64,000 nt of DNA from Candidatus Zambryskiibacteriota bacterium (GCA_003233455.1 QILQ01000043.1:442-64441); one strand, 5' to 3'. Positions 39,095 through 48,959 are shown, numbered from the stretch's first letter. Numbers and translations: made by a program. Notes: generated from the letters alone by a model not told the origin.

Positions 39095-39367
39095 ATGAAT
39101 GAAAAAAAAGAAAAAAAGAATATAAATAAGGAAAAGAAAACAAACGGTAAAATTTTAAGCGGAGTAGTAATATCGGCTAAAATGCGAGATACTTGTACTG
39201 TTTTGGTTAGCAGATTTATAAAGCATAAAAAATACAGAAAATATTATAAAGTAAGCAAAAAATATAAAGCGCATGATGCTGGCAATATTAAAAAAGTGAG
39301 AGATAAAGTTAAGATAATGGAATGTCGCCCCATTTCTAAAGATAAACATTTTATGATAATAAATTAA
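39095..39367 (+). CDS. rpsQ: 30S ribosomal protein S17
   Basis: GVVISAKM, KKYKAHD, ECRPISKDKHF. Confidence 0.96.
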   Translation: MNEKKEKKNINKEKKTNGKILSGVVISAKMRDTCTVLVSRFIKHKKYRKYYKVSKKYKAHDAGNIKKVRDKVKIMECRPISKDKHFMIIN

Positions 39368-39373
39368 AAAATT

Positions 39374-39751
39374 ATGATTCAGCCCCAAACAATAATAAAA
39401 ATAGCGGATAATTCAGGTGCCAAATTGGGGCGAGTATTTAAGGTATTGGGTAGTTCTAAAAAAAGATACGCCAGAGTGGGAGAGTTGGTTATCTTTTCTG
39501 TTCAAAAGGCAGAGCCCCGCAAAGAAATTAAAAAGAAAGCGGTGCTTTTGGGTTTAATTGTTCGCCAAAAAGCTCCACTTAGAAGAAAAGACGGTTCTTA
39601 TATTCGTTTTGATGAAAATGCGGCTGTTGTGGTAGAGCGAAAAAAAGGCGAGATTATTCCCAAAGCCGGAAGAATATTTGGTCCGATACCGAGAGAAATC
39701 GCTGAAGCGGGATATCAAGCTATTGTTTCTTTGGCACCTGAAATAATTTAG
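39374..39751 (+). CDS. rplN: 50S ribosomal protein L14
   Basis: ADNSGAK, IRFDENAAV, RIFGPI. Confidence 0.98.
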   Translation: MIQPQTIIKIADNSGAKLGRVFKVLGSSKKRYARVGELVIFSVQKAEPRKEIKKKAVLLGLIVRQKAPLRRKDGSYIRFDENAAVVVERKKGEIIPKAGRIFGPIPREIAEAGYQAIVSLAPEII

Positions 39752-39865
39752 TTAAACATACAAATATGCAAATGATGCAAATGATACAAATGAATGCTAA
39801 TCCATATCCAAATTATATTCGTAGTTATTCGTTGATTAGTATAATTAGTAGATTGGTATATTAAA
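39750..39865. repeat. 116-bp element D, copy 2
   Basis: Matches 37289-37404. Confidence 0.93.
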
Positions 39866-39868
39866 TTT

Positions 39869-40093
39869 ATGAAAATCAAAAAAGGAGACAAAGTAAAAAT
39901 AATAACAGGTAAAGACAAAGGTAAAACAGGTGTTGTTTTAAAAGCGTATCCTAAAGATTTTTTAGTATTGGTTGAAAATATAAACAAGAAAAAAATTCAT
40001 CAAAAACCGAGAAAACAAGGAGAAAAAGGTAAAATAATAGAACAATCAGCACCGATACATGTATCAAATGTTAAAAAGATTAAGGATAAGTAA
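39869..40093 (+). CDS. rplX: 50S ribosomal protein L24
   Basis: [27 protein letters not shown]. Confidence 0.96.
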   Translation: MKIKKGDKVKIITGKDKGKTGVVLKAYPKDFLVLVENINKKKIHQKPRKQGEKGKIIEQSAPIHVSNVKKIKDK

Positions 40094-40101
40094 AATAATA
40101 A

Positions 40102-40135
40102 CCCCACCTCAACCCCTTCCCAAAGAGGAGGGGCG
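40102..40135. repeat. Degenerate BoxC-like repeat
   Basis: ccccacctcaaccccttcccaaagaggaggggc. Confidence 0.7.
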
Positions 40136-40167
40136 AAAAGAGGAGAATAAAGATAACAAAAATCAAA

Positions 40168-40716
40168 ATGAAATTAATGAAAGAAAAAACAAAAGAAGCT
40201 TTTAAAGAACTCAAAAAACAATTGGGTTTAAAAAATATTATGCAATCTCCGAAAATTGTTAAAGTGGTTATCAATTCCGGAGTTGGTTCTCTTAGCGATA
40301 AAAAGAAAATAGATATGATAATAGACAGACTGGCTAAAATAACCGGTCAAAAAGCCATTAAAAGAGGAGCTAAGAAATCGGTTGCTTCTTTTAAATTAAG
40401 AGAAGGAGATATTGTTGGAGTTCAAATTACTTTACGAGGAGAAAAGATGTGGAGTTTTTTAGACCGTCTTTTTAGTATCGCTTTGCCTCGGACTAAAGAT
40501 TTTAGAGGTATTTCTCTTAAAGCAATAGATGAAATGGGTAATTATACTCTGGCTATCAGAGAACATACTGTATTTCCGGAAACTTCAGATGAAGATTTAA
40601 AGGATATTTTTAGTTTTGCCGTTACTATTGTCACAAATTTAAAAGGCAAAAATGAAGCTTTGGAATTTTTTAAGGCTCTTAGTTTTCCTTTTAAAAAAGC
40701 TACGACCAAAAAATAA
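40168..40716 (+). CDS. rplE: 50S ribosomal protein L5
   Basis: KIVKVVINSGVG, ITGQK, FKLREG, LPRTKDFRG. Confidence 0.98.
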   Translation: MKLMKEKTKEAFKELKKQLGLKNIMQSPKIVKVVINSGVGSLSDKKKIDMIIDRLAKITGQKAIKRGAKKSVASFKLREGDIVGVQITLRGEKMWSFLDRLFSIALPRTKDFRGISLKAIDEMGNYTLAIREHTVFPETSDEDLKDIFSFAVTIVTNLKGKNEALEFFKALSFPFKKATTKK

Positions 40717-41006
40717 ATAAACTTTAAAAAAGTCCTTACGTCCGTCCTTACGTCCGTAAGTACTTTTTTAGTATGTGATTGAAATCTTTCCAAAGAGATG
40801 ATAAATTGTTAGTAATTATGGTTATAGATATAGAGCTTACTCTAAATAAATTTGGATTTGGGAAGATTGCTGAAAATAAATTTCAACTGTTTTGGTTGAG
40901 GTTTTCTAAATGGAAGATTCCCAACAAACATTCCATTGATTTAGGAAGAAAAAATGATTATAAGCTAAATTGGTGTGGGGATAAAAATGTGATATACTGT
41001 AAGTCT

Positions 41007-41243
41007 ATGATTCAAAATTATATTGAAAATTACTTAAATAAAGCCCAATACGAAATGATAGATGGTGGAAAGAAATTTTATGCGGAAATAAAAAATTTGC
41101 GTGGTGTTTGGGCTACAGGAAAAACCCTTGAAGAATGTCGACGAAATTTAGCTAATACAATTGAAGGGTGGTTGATTTTAAGATTAAAGAAAAATCTCAC
41201 TATTCCAAACTTTAAAGTACCGAGTGTTCGTTTAAAAGTATAA
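41007..41243 (+). CDS. HicB-family antitoxin
   Basis: MIQNYIENYLNKAQYE..GVWATGKTLEECR; ATG at 41007 follows TATACT. Confidence 0.88.
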   Translation: MIQNYIENYLNKAQYEMIDGGKKFYAEIKNLRGVWATGKTLEECRRNLANTIEGWLILRLKKNLTIPNFKVPSVRLKV

Positions 41244-41249
41244 ATTTAT

Positions 41250-41471
41250 ATGTCTAAATTAGGTCCAATATCATGGATCAAGTTTGTAAGAAGAATGAGA
41301 GTTCTTAATTTTAGTGGACCATATCAAGAAGGCAAGCATCCATACATGATAAAAGGTAATCTTTCTATTACTATTCCAAATCCTCATGAGAGGGATATTG
41401 GTGTAGATTTATTAATTCGTATTTTAAGACAAGCGGGAATTTCTAGATTAGTTTGGATGAAATTTAAGTAA
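41250..41471 (+). CDS. HicA-family toxin
   Basis: GPY..GKHPYM..ITIPNPH..DIGVDLL.RILRQAGI. Confidence 0.9.
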   Translation: MSKLGPISWIKFVRRMRVLNFSGPYQEGKHPYMIKGNLSITIPNPHERDIGVDLLIRILRQAGISRLVWMKFK

Positions 41472-41531
41472 TTTTATTTAAAATTATACATTAAAAATTG
41501 CAATTTTTTACGGTCGTGTTATAAACCAGAT

Positions 41532-41662
41532 TGTTGAGGCAGGAATGACCGAGGTAAGGCTGTGTGAGTATCAGGATATACATATGGTAGCCGGACTTTT
41601 CAGAAAAGCTCTGCTCTAGCCTAAACGAGGTTGCAATCGAAAGACGCAACCCCTTCTTTTTT
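41532..41662 (+). ncRNA. Candidate structured small RNA (unidentified)
   Basis: GC-rich island after TTGCAA-16-TATAAA; aggct/agcct stem; GAAA-capped hairpin ggttgc..gcaacc followed by a T-run. Confidence 0.45.
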
Positions 41663-41671
41663 ATTTTAAAT

Positions 41672-41707
41672 ACTATACAAACGGGACGATCGTCCCAAGT
41701 GTGTAGT
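41672..41707. repeat. REP-like palindrome (GGGACGATCGTCCC family), copy 2
   Basis: actatacaaacgggacgatcgtcccaagtgtgtagt. Confidence 0.85.
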
Positions 41708-41723
41708 GTTAAATATTTGAATT

Positions 41724-42386
41724 TTAATGAGCGATGAATAAACCAACTACTCTTTTAGCACCAGCAGAAACCAAAGCACGACGAGCTTCAAGTAAAGAAG
41801 CTCCGGTAGTGTAAACATCATCTAAAATTATTATTGTTCTATTTTTTAAATTTTTATCTGAATGCATTGATTTTTTTAGGTTCTTCATTCTTTCTTCTCT
41901 GTTCAATTTAGTTTGTCTTTTTGTTTCTCTTACTTTTTTTAAAGTATTATAAGAAACTTCCATATTATCGCCACTTAATTTTTTTATTTCTCCGCAAAGT
42001 TCTTCGCATTGATTAAATCCTCTTTTTCTTTTTTCTTTTCTACTCATTGGCATAGGAACTAAAAGAGGTAGGGTTCCTTCAAAAAGAGCAATTTCAGAAG
42101 AGATATCCATTAATTCTTCGTTTAGATAAACAGCCACTCTTTTTCTTAAAGCGGCATTATTTTTATATTTTATAAATTTTATTATTAACTTAACTATTTT
42201 GTTATTATAATCAAACAAAACAAAAATATCTTTTGAATAAACAGGCGATTTAGCTAAAAGATTTCGCATTGTTTCTGTGGGGAGTTCTAAAAGTTTTTTG
42301 ATTTTTATATCTTCTGGTGCCAGAGCATTTACTATGATTTCTAAAATTTTTTTTATCCAGTTTATAACTGACTTTAACATAAACAT
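41724..42386 (-). CDS. comF: ComF-family competence protein (PRTase fold)
   Basis: RKRGFNQ, QTKLNREER, IILDDVYTTGAS. Confidence 0.9.
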   Translation of the reverse strand: MFMLKSVINWIKKILEIIVNALAPEDIKIKKLLELPTETMRNLLAKSPVYSKDIFVLFDYNNKIVKLIIKFIKYKNNAALRKRVAVYLNEELMDISSEIALFEGTLPLLVPMPMSRKEKRKRGFNQCEELCGEIKKLSGDNMEVSYNTLKKVRETKRQTKLNREERMKNLKKSMHSDKNLKNRTIIILDDVYTTGASLLEARRALVSAGAKRVVGLFIAH

Positions 42387-42437
42387 TATGATACAATTAT
42401 AGTCTAATTAGAGAAAACTTTGTAACTATTATATGAT

Positions 42438-43547
42438 ATGAGTTTTATTTCCGATATTTTTAAAAAGAAAAAAGTAAGTGCTTTAGGTATTGATATAGGT
42501 TCCTCTTCTATAAAGATAGTTCAACTTCAAAAAAAAGGAAGTAAAGCGATATTGGAAACATATGGGGAACTTTCTTTAGGTCCTTATAGCGGAGTTTCAG
42601 TTGGTCAATCCACTAATTTGCCTGTTGAAAAAATAATACAAGCAATGAATGATTTACTTAATGAAAAAGAAGTCGCCATTACCACTAAATTTTGCGGTTT
42701 AGCTATTCCTTTCAAAGCAAGTTTACTCTCAATTATACAAATGCCAGATATAGGACAAAAAGAATTGACTTCTATGGTGCCGATAGAAGCTCGCAAATAT
42801 ATACCGGTGCCGATATCGGATGTTACCATTGATTGGTCTATTGTGCCTAAATCTGAAGTGGTAGAAGATTCTTCTAAAGAAAAAACAGATAAAAATAAAG
42901 TAAAAACCGTAGATATTTTATTGGTAGCTATTCATAATAATATTATCAATCAATATAAAGAAATTGTCTCTAAAACTCAACTTAACGCTAAATTTTTTGA
43001 GATAGAAGTCTTTAGTTCAATGAGAGCTATTCTTGAAGGCATCAAAGGTCCTATTATGATTTTTGATATGGGAGCTTCAACTACTAAATTGTATGTGGTG
43101 GATAGGGGTTTAGTTCAAAATTCACACACCATAAATCAAGGTTCTCAGGATATAACTTCAAATATTGCCAGAGTTTTAAATGTTTCAACAGAAGAAGCGG
43201 AAGTTATAAAAAGATCTGTTGGTATGGGTAAAACTGTGGATGGAGTAGATCTTTCAGAAATGGTATTAGTGATTGCTGGCAATATTTTTGCTGAAGCGAA
43301 TAGATTTCTTTTTGATTTTCAAAAGAAAAAAAATAAAAATATAAAATCAGTATTTTTGACTGGTGGCGGTTCAGCTCTTTTGGGTTTTAGAGATTTGGCT
43401 GCTCAAAATTTTAAAGTGGAAGTAATTTCCGCGGACCCTTTTGAAAAAGTGGAAACTCCCGCCTTTTTGGAAAATATACTTAAAGTAACAGGTCCTGAAT
43501 TTACCGTGGCTGTCGGCGCCGCTCTTCGTTGTTTGGAAGAGATTTAA
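42438..43547 (+). CDS. pilM: Type IV pilus assembly protein PilM
   Basis: LGIDIGSSSIKIV, EARKYIP, DMGASTT, LTGGGS, VAVGAALR. Confidence 0.92.
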   Translation: MSFISDIFKKKKVSALGIDIGSSSIKIVQLQKKGSKAILETYGELSLGPYSGVSVGQSTNLPVEKIIQAMNDLLNEKEVAITTKFCGLAIPFKASLLSIIQMPDIGQKELTSMVPIEARKYIPVPISDVTIDWSIVPKSEVVEDSSKEKTDKNKVKTVDILLVAIHNNIINQYKEIVSKTQLNAKFFEIEVFSSMRAILEGIKGPIMIFDMGASTTKLYVVDRGLVQNSHTINQGSQDITSNIARVLNVSTEEAEVIKRSVGMGKTVDGVDLSEMVLVIAGNIFAEANRFLFDFQKKKNKNIKSVFLTGGGSALLGFRDLAAQNFKVEVISADPFEKVETPAFLENILKVTGPEFTVAVGAALRCLEEI

Positions 43548-43611
43548 TTATATTTATATTATTTTAGTATGAAGAATAAAAATGGGATGTAGGAATTATT
43601 AACATAATCTA

Positions 43612-43639
43612 TTGACAGATTGGCTACTTTGGCTATAAT
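43612..43639 (+). promoter_or_regulatory. TA module promoter
   Basis: TTGACA-16 bp-TATAAT containing a ttggcta direct repeat (possible operator). Confidence 0.72.
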
Positions 43640-43648
43640 AGCTATTAT

Positions 43649-43903
43649 ATGAATCAAATAACATTTACAGCAAAAGAAGCAAAAAATAATTTTGGTAGGC
43701 TTTTAGATGAAGCTCGTCGTTCTCCTGTGGCTATAAACAAAAACGGCAGAAAAGTTGCTTTTGTGGTTTCTTATGAAGATTTTTCTCAATTTGAAGGAAT
43801 GGTAGATTCTTATTGGGGCAAAAAAGCTAAAACGGCAATAAAAAAAGGATATCTGACTGTTGCTGAAAGTAAAAAATTTGTAGATTCTATTTTAAATGCT
43901 TAA
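43649..43903 (+). CDS. Phd/YefM-family antitoxin
   Basis: TAKEAKNNFGRLLD..PVAINKNGR..VVSYEDF. Confidence 0.9.
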   Translation: MNQITFTAKEAKNNFGRLLDEARRSPVAINKNGRKVAFVVSYEDFSQFEGMVDSYWGKKAKTAIKKGYLTVAESKKFVDSILNA

Positions 43904-44168
43904 TATTAGATTTTCAAAATTATCAAAGAAATTTGTAGAAAGAGTTCCAATAAAACACAGAAGACAAATTGTTGAAAAATCTGTAAGTCTAAAAAATAAT
44001 CCTCTACCTTCGGATAGTAGGGCTATGAAGGGATTTCCGGGTTATTTTCGTGTTGATATTGGGGAATATAGGATTATTTATACAATTTCAGAATCTAAAA
44101 TAAATATTGAACTAATTGGTAAAAGAAACGACGACGAAGTTTATCGTAAATTTAAAAGACTTATGTGA
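43896..44168 (+). CDS. RelE/ParE-family toxin
   Basis: NPLPSDS..KG...RVDIGEYRIIY..IGKRNDDEVY. Confidence 0.9.
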   Translation: MLNIRFSKLSKKFVERVPIKHRRQIVEKSVSLKNNPLPSDSRAMKGFPGYFRVDIGEYRIIYTISESKINIELIGKRNDDEVYRKFKRLM

Positions 44169-44239
44169 TTAGTAACTGAAGTAATCAACAATATTTGTTT
44201 ACACTTGTGCGGGTTTATGAAGTATAATTAAAATAAATT

Positions 44240-44812
44240 ATGGCACCAAACTTTCAATCATCATTCATACCCAAAGGACCGGTTACTCAAGAGGTTTTTA
44301 AAAAGAAAAAAACCAGTTTGTTTGGTATTTTAGTAATTTTTTTGTTTATCGCCTCAATAATCATTTCTATCGGTCTGTTTGTTTACAAAGGTATTGTTAA
44401 AAATGATATTAAAAATCTTCAATCTCAACTAACTGTGGCAGAAACAAAAATAGATAGAAAAGAAATCAATGAGATGTCTCAATTTAGCAAAAAATTAGGT
44501 TTTACCAAGTTAATTATTTCCAAACATCAAGTAGTTTCAAATTTTATGGACACTTTAGCTTCTTCTACTGTTAGCTCGGTTTATTTTGATGATTTTAATT
44601 ATGATAATTTGAAAAAAGGCAATAATTTGACTGTTGTTTTGCATGGCAAGGCTACTGATTATGCGAGTGTCGCTTTACAAGAAAATGTATTTTCTCAAAA
44701 TAAATATTTTAAATCGGTAACATTTTCCAATCTGACTTTAACAGACAAAGGTCTTGTTTCTTTTGATTTAACCATTTCTGTTGACCCACGAATTTCTGTT
44801 TATTCTCCGTAA
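44240..44812 (+). CDS. pilN: PilN-like protein
   Basis: FQSSFIPK N-terminus, TM, coiled coil; follows pilM. Confidence 0.75.
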   Translation: MAPNFQSSFIPKGPVTQEVFKKKKTSLFGILVIFLFIASIIISIGLFVYKGIVKNDIKNLQSQLTVAETKIDRKEINEMSQFSKKLGFTKLIISKHQVVSNFMDTLASSTVSSVYFDDFNYDNLKKGNNLTVVLHGKATDYASVALQENVFSQNKYFKSVTFSNLTLTDKGLVSFDLTISVDPRISVYSP

Positions 44813-44834
44813 TTTATAATATTAAAATTAAAAT

Positions 44835-45383
44835 ATGAGTAATACTTCAATAATCGCATATCTGATATTAACTCTCTCAATAGGGTATGCTTTTATTTAT
44901 CCCGCAACGGGGAATTTGTCTGTTCTTATGAAGGAAAAACAAAAATATAATGACTCTTTGGAAACAGTTAGCAATATTAAGAATAAAAAAAGTGAATTAT
45001 TAACCAAATTTAATAATATATCTGTTGCTGATAAAAAAAATATAAATATTATCTTGCCAAACTCTTTGAATTTTGTGAAGTTAATCTCTCAAATTGACGC
45101 GGTGGCAGCGAATTATAACATATCAATAGATAAAGTTACTTCAAAAAAAACAGCTCCCGCTAGCGGAAAATCAATAGGAGAGAAACAACCCCCTAAAACA
45201 TATGATTCGGCGATTATCGGATTTTCATTTATCGCTCCTTACAACAAATTTAGTAATTTTATGGATGATTTAGAGAAGAGTCTGCGTATTTTAGATATAA
45301 GGTCTGTAAAATTAAAGACTCAAGAAAATGGAAATTACTCATATAATGTTGAATTTGAAACTTATTGGCTTAAACCATCATGA
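44835..45383 (+). CDS. pilO: PilO-like protein
   Basis: TM, ILP, FMDDLEKSLRILDI, ETYWL. Confidence 0.78.
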   Translation: MSNTSIIAYLILTLSIGYAFIYPATGNLSVLMKEKQKYNDSLETVSNIKNKKSELLTKFNNISVADKKNINIILPNSLNFVKLISQIDAVAANYNISIDKVTSKKTAPASGKSIGEKQPPKTYDSAIIGFSFIAPYNKFSNFMDDLEKSLRILDIRSVKLKTQENGNYSYNVEFETYWLKPS

Positions 45384-45703
45384 AAAATAAAAACTCAAAA
45401 AATAAACACACCTCTATTTTAATTATAATCCTTTTAGGACTCTTAATTATAGCTTATAAAATTATGTTTATTTCACCTAATGAAAATTTAATTACTGATG
45501 AAAATACTGTCGCTAGTGTGAGAGCGACAGCTATCCTGCAAGAAATTAAAGATATGAATTTTGATACAAATGTGGTAAATAATCCTAAATTCAAATCTCT
45601 AAAAAGTATTGAAGCTCCATTATTTTCTCTACCTATTGGAAGAAAAAATCCGTTTGCCAGCAATTCCATTTCTAATTCCATTTCTAATTCCATTTCTAAT
45701 TAA
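45380..45703 (+). CDS. Small pilus-cluster membrane protein (PilP position)
   Basis: TM plus GRKNPF motif; C-terminal SNSI x3 repeat. Confidence 0.7.
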   Translation: MKNKNSKNKHTSILIIILLGLLIIAYKIMFISPNENLITDENTVASVRATAILQEIKDMNFDTNVVNNPKFKSLKSIEAPLFSLPIGRKNPFASNSISNSISNSISN

Positions 45704-45712
45704 CATTTCATT

Positions 45713-47482
45713 ATGAGTATTTTAGATATTCTTGTAAAACAGGGTGTAATTGAAACTAAAGACCTTTCTTCTATAAAAGGAAAAACAAACTCTTCCAGAA
45801 AAGACATAGAAGAAAGTTTAGTGTCTTTGGGAATTAGCGAAGAAGATATTTTAAGAGCCAAAGCTGAATATTATTCTATGCCCATTAAAAAAGTTGATAT
45901 ATCGCTTATAACCAGCAAAGCACTTGATTATATTCCGGAAGAAGCCGCGGTTTATTATCAATTTGTGCCTATGGGGGTAAACGATGGCGTTTTGGAAGTT
46001 GGAGTGGTGGATCCGGATAATATTTCAGCTCGTGACGCTTTAAATTTTATATCATCTAAAGTAAATTTACCGTTTAAAACTTTTATTATTTCTCAAGATA
46101 ATTTTGATGAAATTATAAAATTATATAAAGGTTTGTCCGGCGAGGTAACTAAAGCTCTATCCGAACTTGAAACTGAATTCGTAAATGATTCTAAAGAAAA
46201 TAATAAAAAATCAAAAGAAAGTAAAAAAGTGAGTTTAACGGCAACTTCTGGCGATAATGAAAATGATTTAAGTGCTTCCGAAAACAAAGGCACTAAAATT
46301 ATTGAAAATGCTCCAGTTACCAAAATAGTAGCCACTATTTTAAGATACGCTATTGACGGTAGGGCATCCGATATTCACATAGAACCGACTGCTTCAAATG
46401 TAAAAGTTCGGTTTAGAGTGGATGGTATTATGAATACCAGTATTGTTCTTCCTTTAAGAGTTCATAGTGCTATTGTGGCCAGAATTAAAATTATGTCTAA
46501 TATGAGGCTTGACGAGAAAAGAAAACCTCAAGATGGTAGATTTAGTGCGAAATTAAATGAAAGAAAAGTGGATTTTAGAGTGTCTACTTTCCCAACTTAT
46601 TTTGGTGAAAAAGTGGTTATACGTATTTTGGACCAAGAAAAAGGAATTCGTAAATTAAGTGAACTTGGCTTAAGTAAAAGAAATCTGGAACTGATTATGG
46701 ATGCCATAAAACTGCCTTATGGTCTTATTCTTATATCCGGTCCAACCGGTTCGGGAAAATCTACTACTTTATATTCTATGATGAACGAAGTTGATAGAGA
46801 CCATAAAAATGTGCTTTCTCTTGAAGACCCGATTGAATATAATATGGAAGGTATGAGTCAATCGCAAGTTATGCCGGAAATAGGTTATACTTTTGCTTCC
46901 GGTCTTCGGACTACTCTTCGTCAGGATCCGGATATTATAATGGTGGGTGAGATAAGAGATAAAGAAACAGCTCAACTTGCGATTCAAGCGGCACTTACTG
47001 GACATTTGGTTTTTTCCACTATTCATACCAATACCGCTATAGGAGTAATACCTCGTCTTATTGATATGGGTATAGATCCTTATCTTATCGCTCCCACTTT
47101 GGTATTGGCTATTGCTCAACGATTGGTCAGATCATTTTGCCCAGGAGCGGGCAAGCCGATTAAAGTTGATGCTAGTATTGAAATAATGATATCTAAACAA
47201 CTTGAAGATTTACCTGAAGAATATAAAAAAGAAATTCCAATTGGAAAAGAAGTTTATGAAATTTCTCCGGCTCCCAATTGTCCAAGCGGAGTTAAAGGTA
47301 GAGTGGCGGTAATGGAAGTGCTTAAAGTTGATAAAAAAATGGAACAAATCATTCTTAAAAATCCGACTGAACAAGAAATTTGGAAATATGCCAGAGCTAA
47401 AGGTATGCTTACAATGAAAGATGACGCCTTAATAAAAGTTTTCAATAAAATTATTCCTTTTGAAGAATATAATAGTTTATAG
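45713..47482 (+). CDS. pilB: Pilus assembly ATPase PilB/GspE
   Basis: ASDIHIEP, PQDGRF, GPTGSGKSTT, LRQDPD, LTGHLV. Confidence 0.95.
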   Translation: MSILDILVKQGVIETKDLSSIKGKTNSSRKDIEESLVSLGISEEDILRAKAEYYSMPIKKVDISLITSKALDYIPEEAAVYYQFVPMGVNDGVLEVGVVDPDNISARDALNFISSKVNLPFKTFIISQDNFDEIIKLYKGLSGEVTKALSELETEFVNDSKENNKKSKESKKVSLTATSGDNENDLSASENKGTKIIENAPVTKIVATILRYAIDGRASDIHIEPTASNVKVRFRVDGIMNTSIVLPLRVHSAIVARIKIMSNMRLDEKRKPQDGRFSAKLNERKVDFRVSTFPTYFGEKVVIRILDQEKGIRKLSELGLSKRNLELIMDAIKLPYGLILISGPTGSGKSTTLYSMMNEVDRDHKNVLSLEDPIEYNMEGMSQSQVMPEIGYTFASGLRTTLRQDPDIIMVGEIRDKETAQLAIQAALTGHLVFSTIHTNTAIGVIPRLIDMGIDPYLIAPTLVLAIAQRLVRSFCPGAGKPIKVDASIEIMISKQLEDLPEEYKKEIPIGKEVYEISPAPNCPSGVKGRVAVMEVLKVDKKMEQIILKNPTEQEIWKYARAKGMLTMKDDALIKVFNKIIPFEEYNSL

Positions 47483-47519
47483 GATGGCGATATAAACTAT
47501 ATCAATGTATAATAATATT

Positions 47520-47921
47520 ATGTCTGAAGAAGCAGAAAAAAAATATAAAATAATAATGGTTGATGATGATGATTTTTTAGTCAATATGTATACCGCTAAA
47601 TTTAATCGCAATAATGTTTTGGTAGATGGTTGCGTTTCGGGAGAATCTTTGCTAGAAAAATTGAGGGACGGGATAAAAGCGGATCTTATACTTCTGGATA
47701 TTATAATGCCAAATATGAGTGGTATAGAAACTTTGGCAAAAATGCGTCAAGCGGAATTAGCGAAAGAGATTCCGGTGGTAATGTTAACAAATCAAAATAA
47801 TGAAAAAAATATAGAAGAGGCTAAAAAACTTGGTGTCGCCGGTTATATAATTAAATCAGCAATTACGCCATCTGAAGTGATAAAAAAAGTTATAGCTATT
47901 ATAAAAAATTCACAAACCTAA
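47520..47921 (+). CDS. Single-domain response regulator within the pilus operon
   Basis: VDDDD, DLILLDIIMPNMSG, MLTN, YIIKS. Confidence 0.92.
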   Translation: MSEEAEKKYKIIMVDDDDFLVNMYTAKFNRNNVLVDGCVSGESLLEKLRDGIKADLILLDIIMPNMSGIETLAKMRQAELAKEIPVVMLTNQNNEKNIEEAKKLGVAGYIIKSAITPSEVIKKVIAIIKNSQT

Positions 47922-47931
47922 TTTTATTTTT

Positions 47932-48959
47932 ATGGATGATTTAAATAAACTTATAGAACTTATGATTAAAGAAGGAGCTTCAGATTTGCATATTTCTGAA
48001 GGTAGAAATCCTTATATTAGGGTCTCCGGTCAATTAACACCTCTTTTAAAATATCAAAAATTTACTAAAATTTTGATAGAAAATATTGCCAACAAAATTA
48101 TCCCCGAATCTAAAAAAATCATTTTCAAATCTTCTCAAAGTGCTGATTTTGCTTATAGCCATAATGGCAACAGATTTAGGGTTCATGTTTTTTTGGACCA
48201 GCAAAGAATTTGTATGACTTTTCGTTATATTCCCAAAAAAATACCGTCGCTTACCGAATTAAATTTGCCAAATGATTTGGAAAATTTTGCCAGATTAAAA
48301 TCGGGTTTCTTTTTAGTGGTAGGTCCGACCGGACATGGTAAATCAACCACTCTCGCTTCTTTAATAGAGACTATATAATTACCATAGAGGATCCAATAGA
48401 ATATTTGTTTACTGCCAAGAAATCTATTATTCATCAAAGAGAAATTGGGTTGGATACACCAAATTTCGCTTCCGCTTTGCATGATTCTTTTAGAGCTGAC
48501 GCGAATGTTATTATGGTTGGCGAAATGAGAGATATTGATACTATAGCTACCGCGGTTTCTGCCGCGGAAACTGGTCATCTAGTGCTTTCTACTCTGCATA
48601 CTAATAATGCTGCTCAAACAGTTGATCGTATTATAGATTCATTTTCTGCCAGTCAACAAAACCAAGTCCGTATTCAATTAGCTGCTTCTTTATCTGGCAT
48701 CTTTTCTCAAAGACTTATTCCCAAAATATCAGGTGGTCTCATTCCGGCTTATGAGCTTTTAGTGAATAATGTGGCTGTTTCAAATCTTATTAGGGACAAG
48801 AGAACTCACGAATTAAATACTATAATTGAAACTGGGTCGCAAGAAGGTATGATTGATTTCAATAGATGTTTGGTGGAAAAAGTAAATAAAGGCGAAATCA
48901 GTATTGAAAATGCTTATCTTTATTCCACTAATCCGCGTTCTCTGGAAAAAATGTTATAA
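47932..48959 (+). pseudogene. pilT: Pilus retraction ATPase PilT, split by a deletion/frameshift near 48375
   Basis: ASDLH, GPTGHGKSTT in the first ORF; IITIEDPIEY, VGEMRD, AAETGHLV in another frame. Confidence 0.88.

Noticed and set aside
1849-39865. Diversity-generating retroelement TR/VR pairs
   Set aside because: Repeat pairs differ at only about one site, are mostly non-coding, and no reverse transcriptase is present
40779-41006. 76-aa N-terminal extension of HicB
   Set aside because: TTG start with no recognisable homology; a -10 box and ATG at 41007 give a normal-length HicB
45662-45700. 12-nt tandem repeat (SNSI x3)
   Set aside because: In-frame slippage at a protein tail; no further signal
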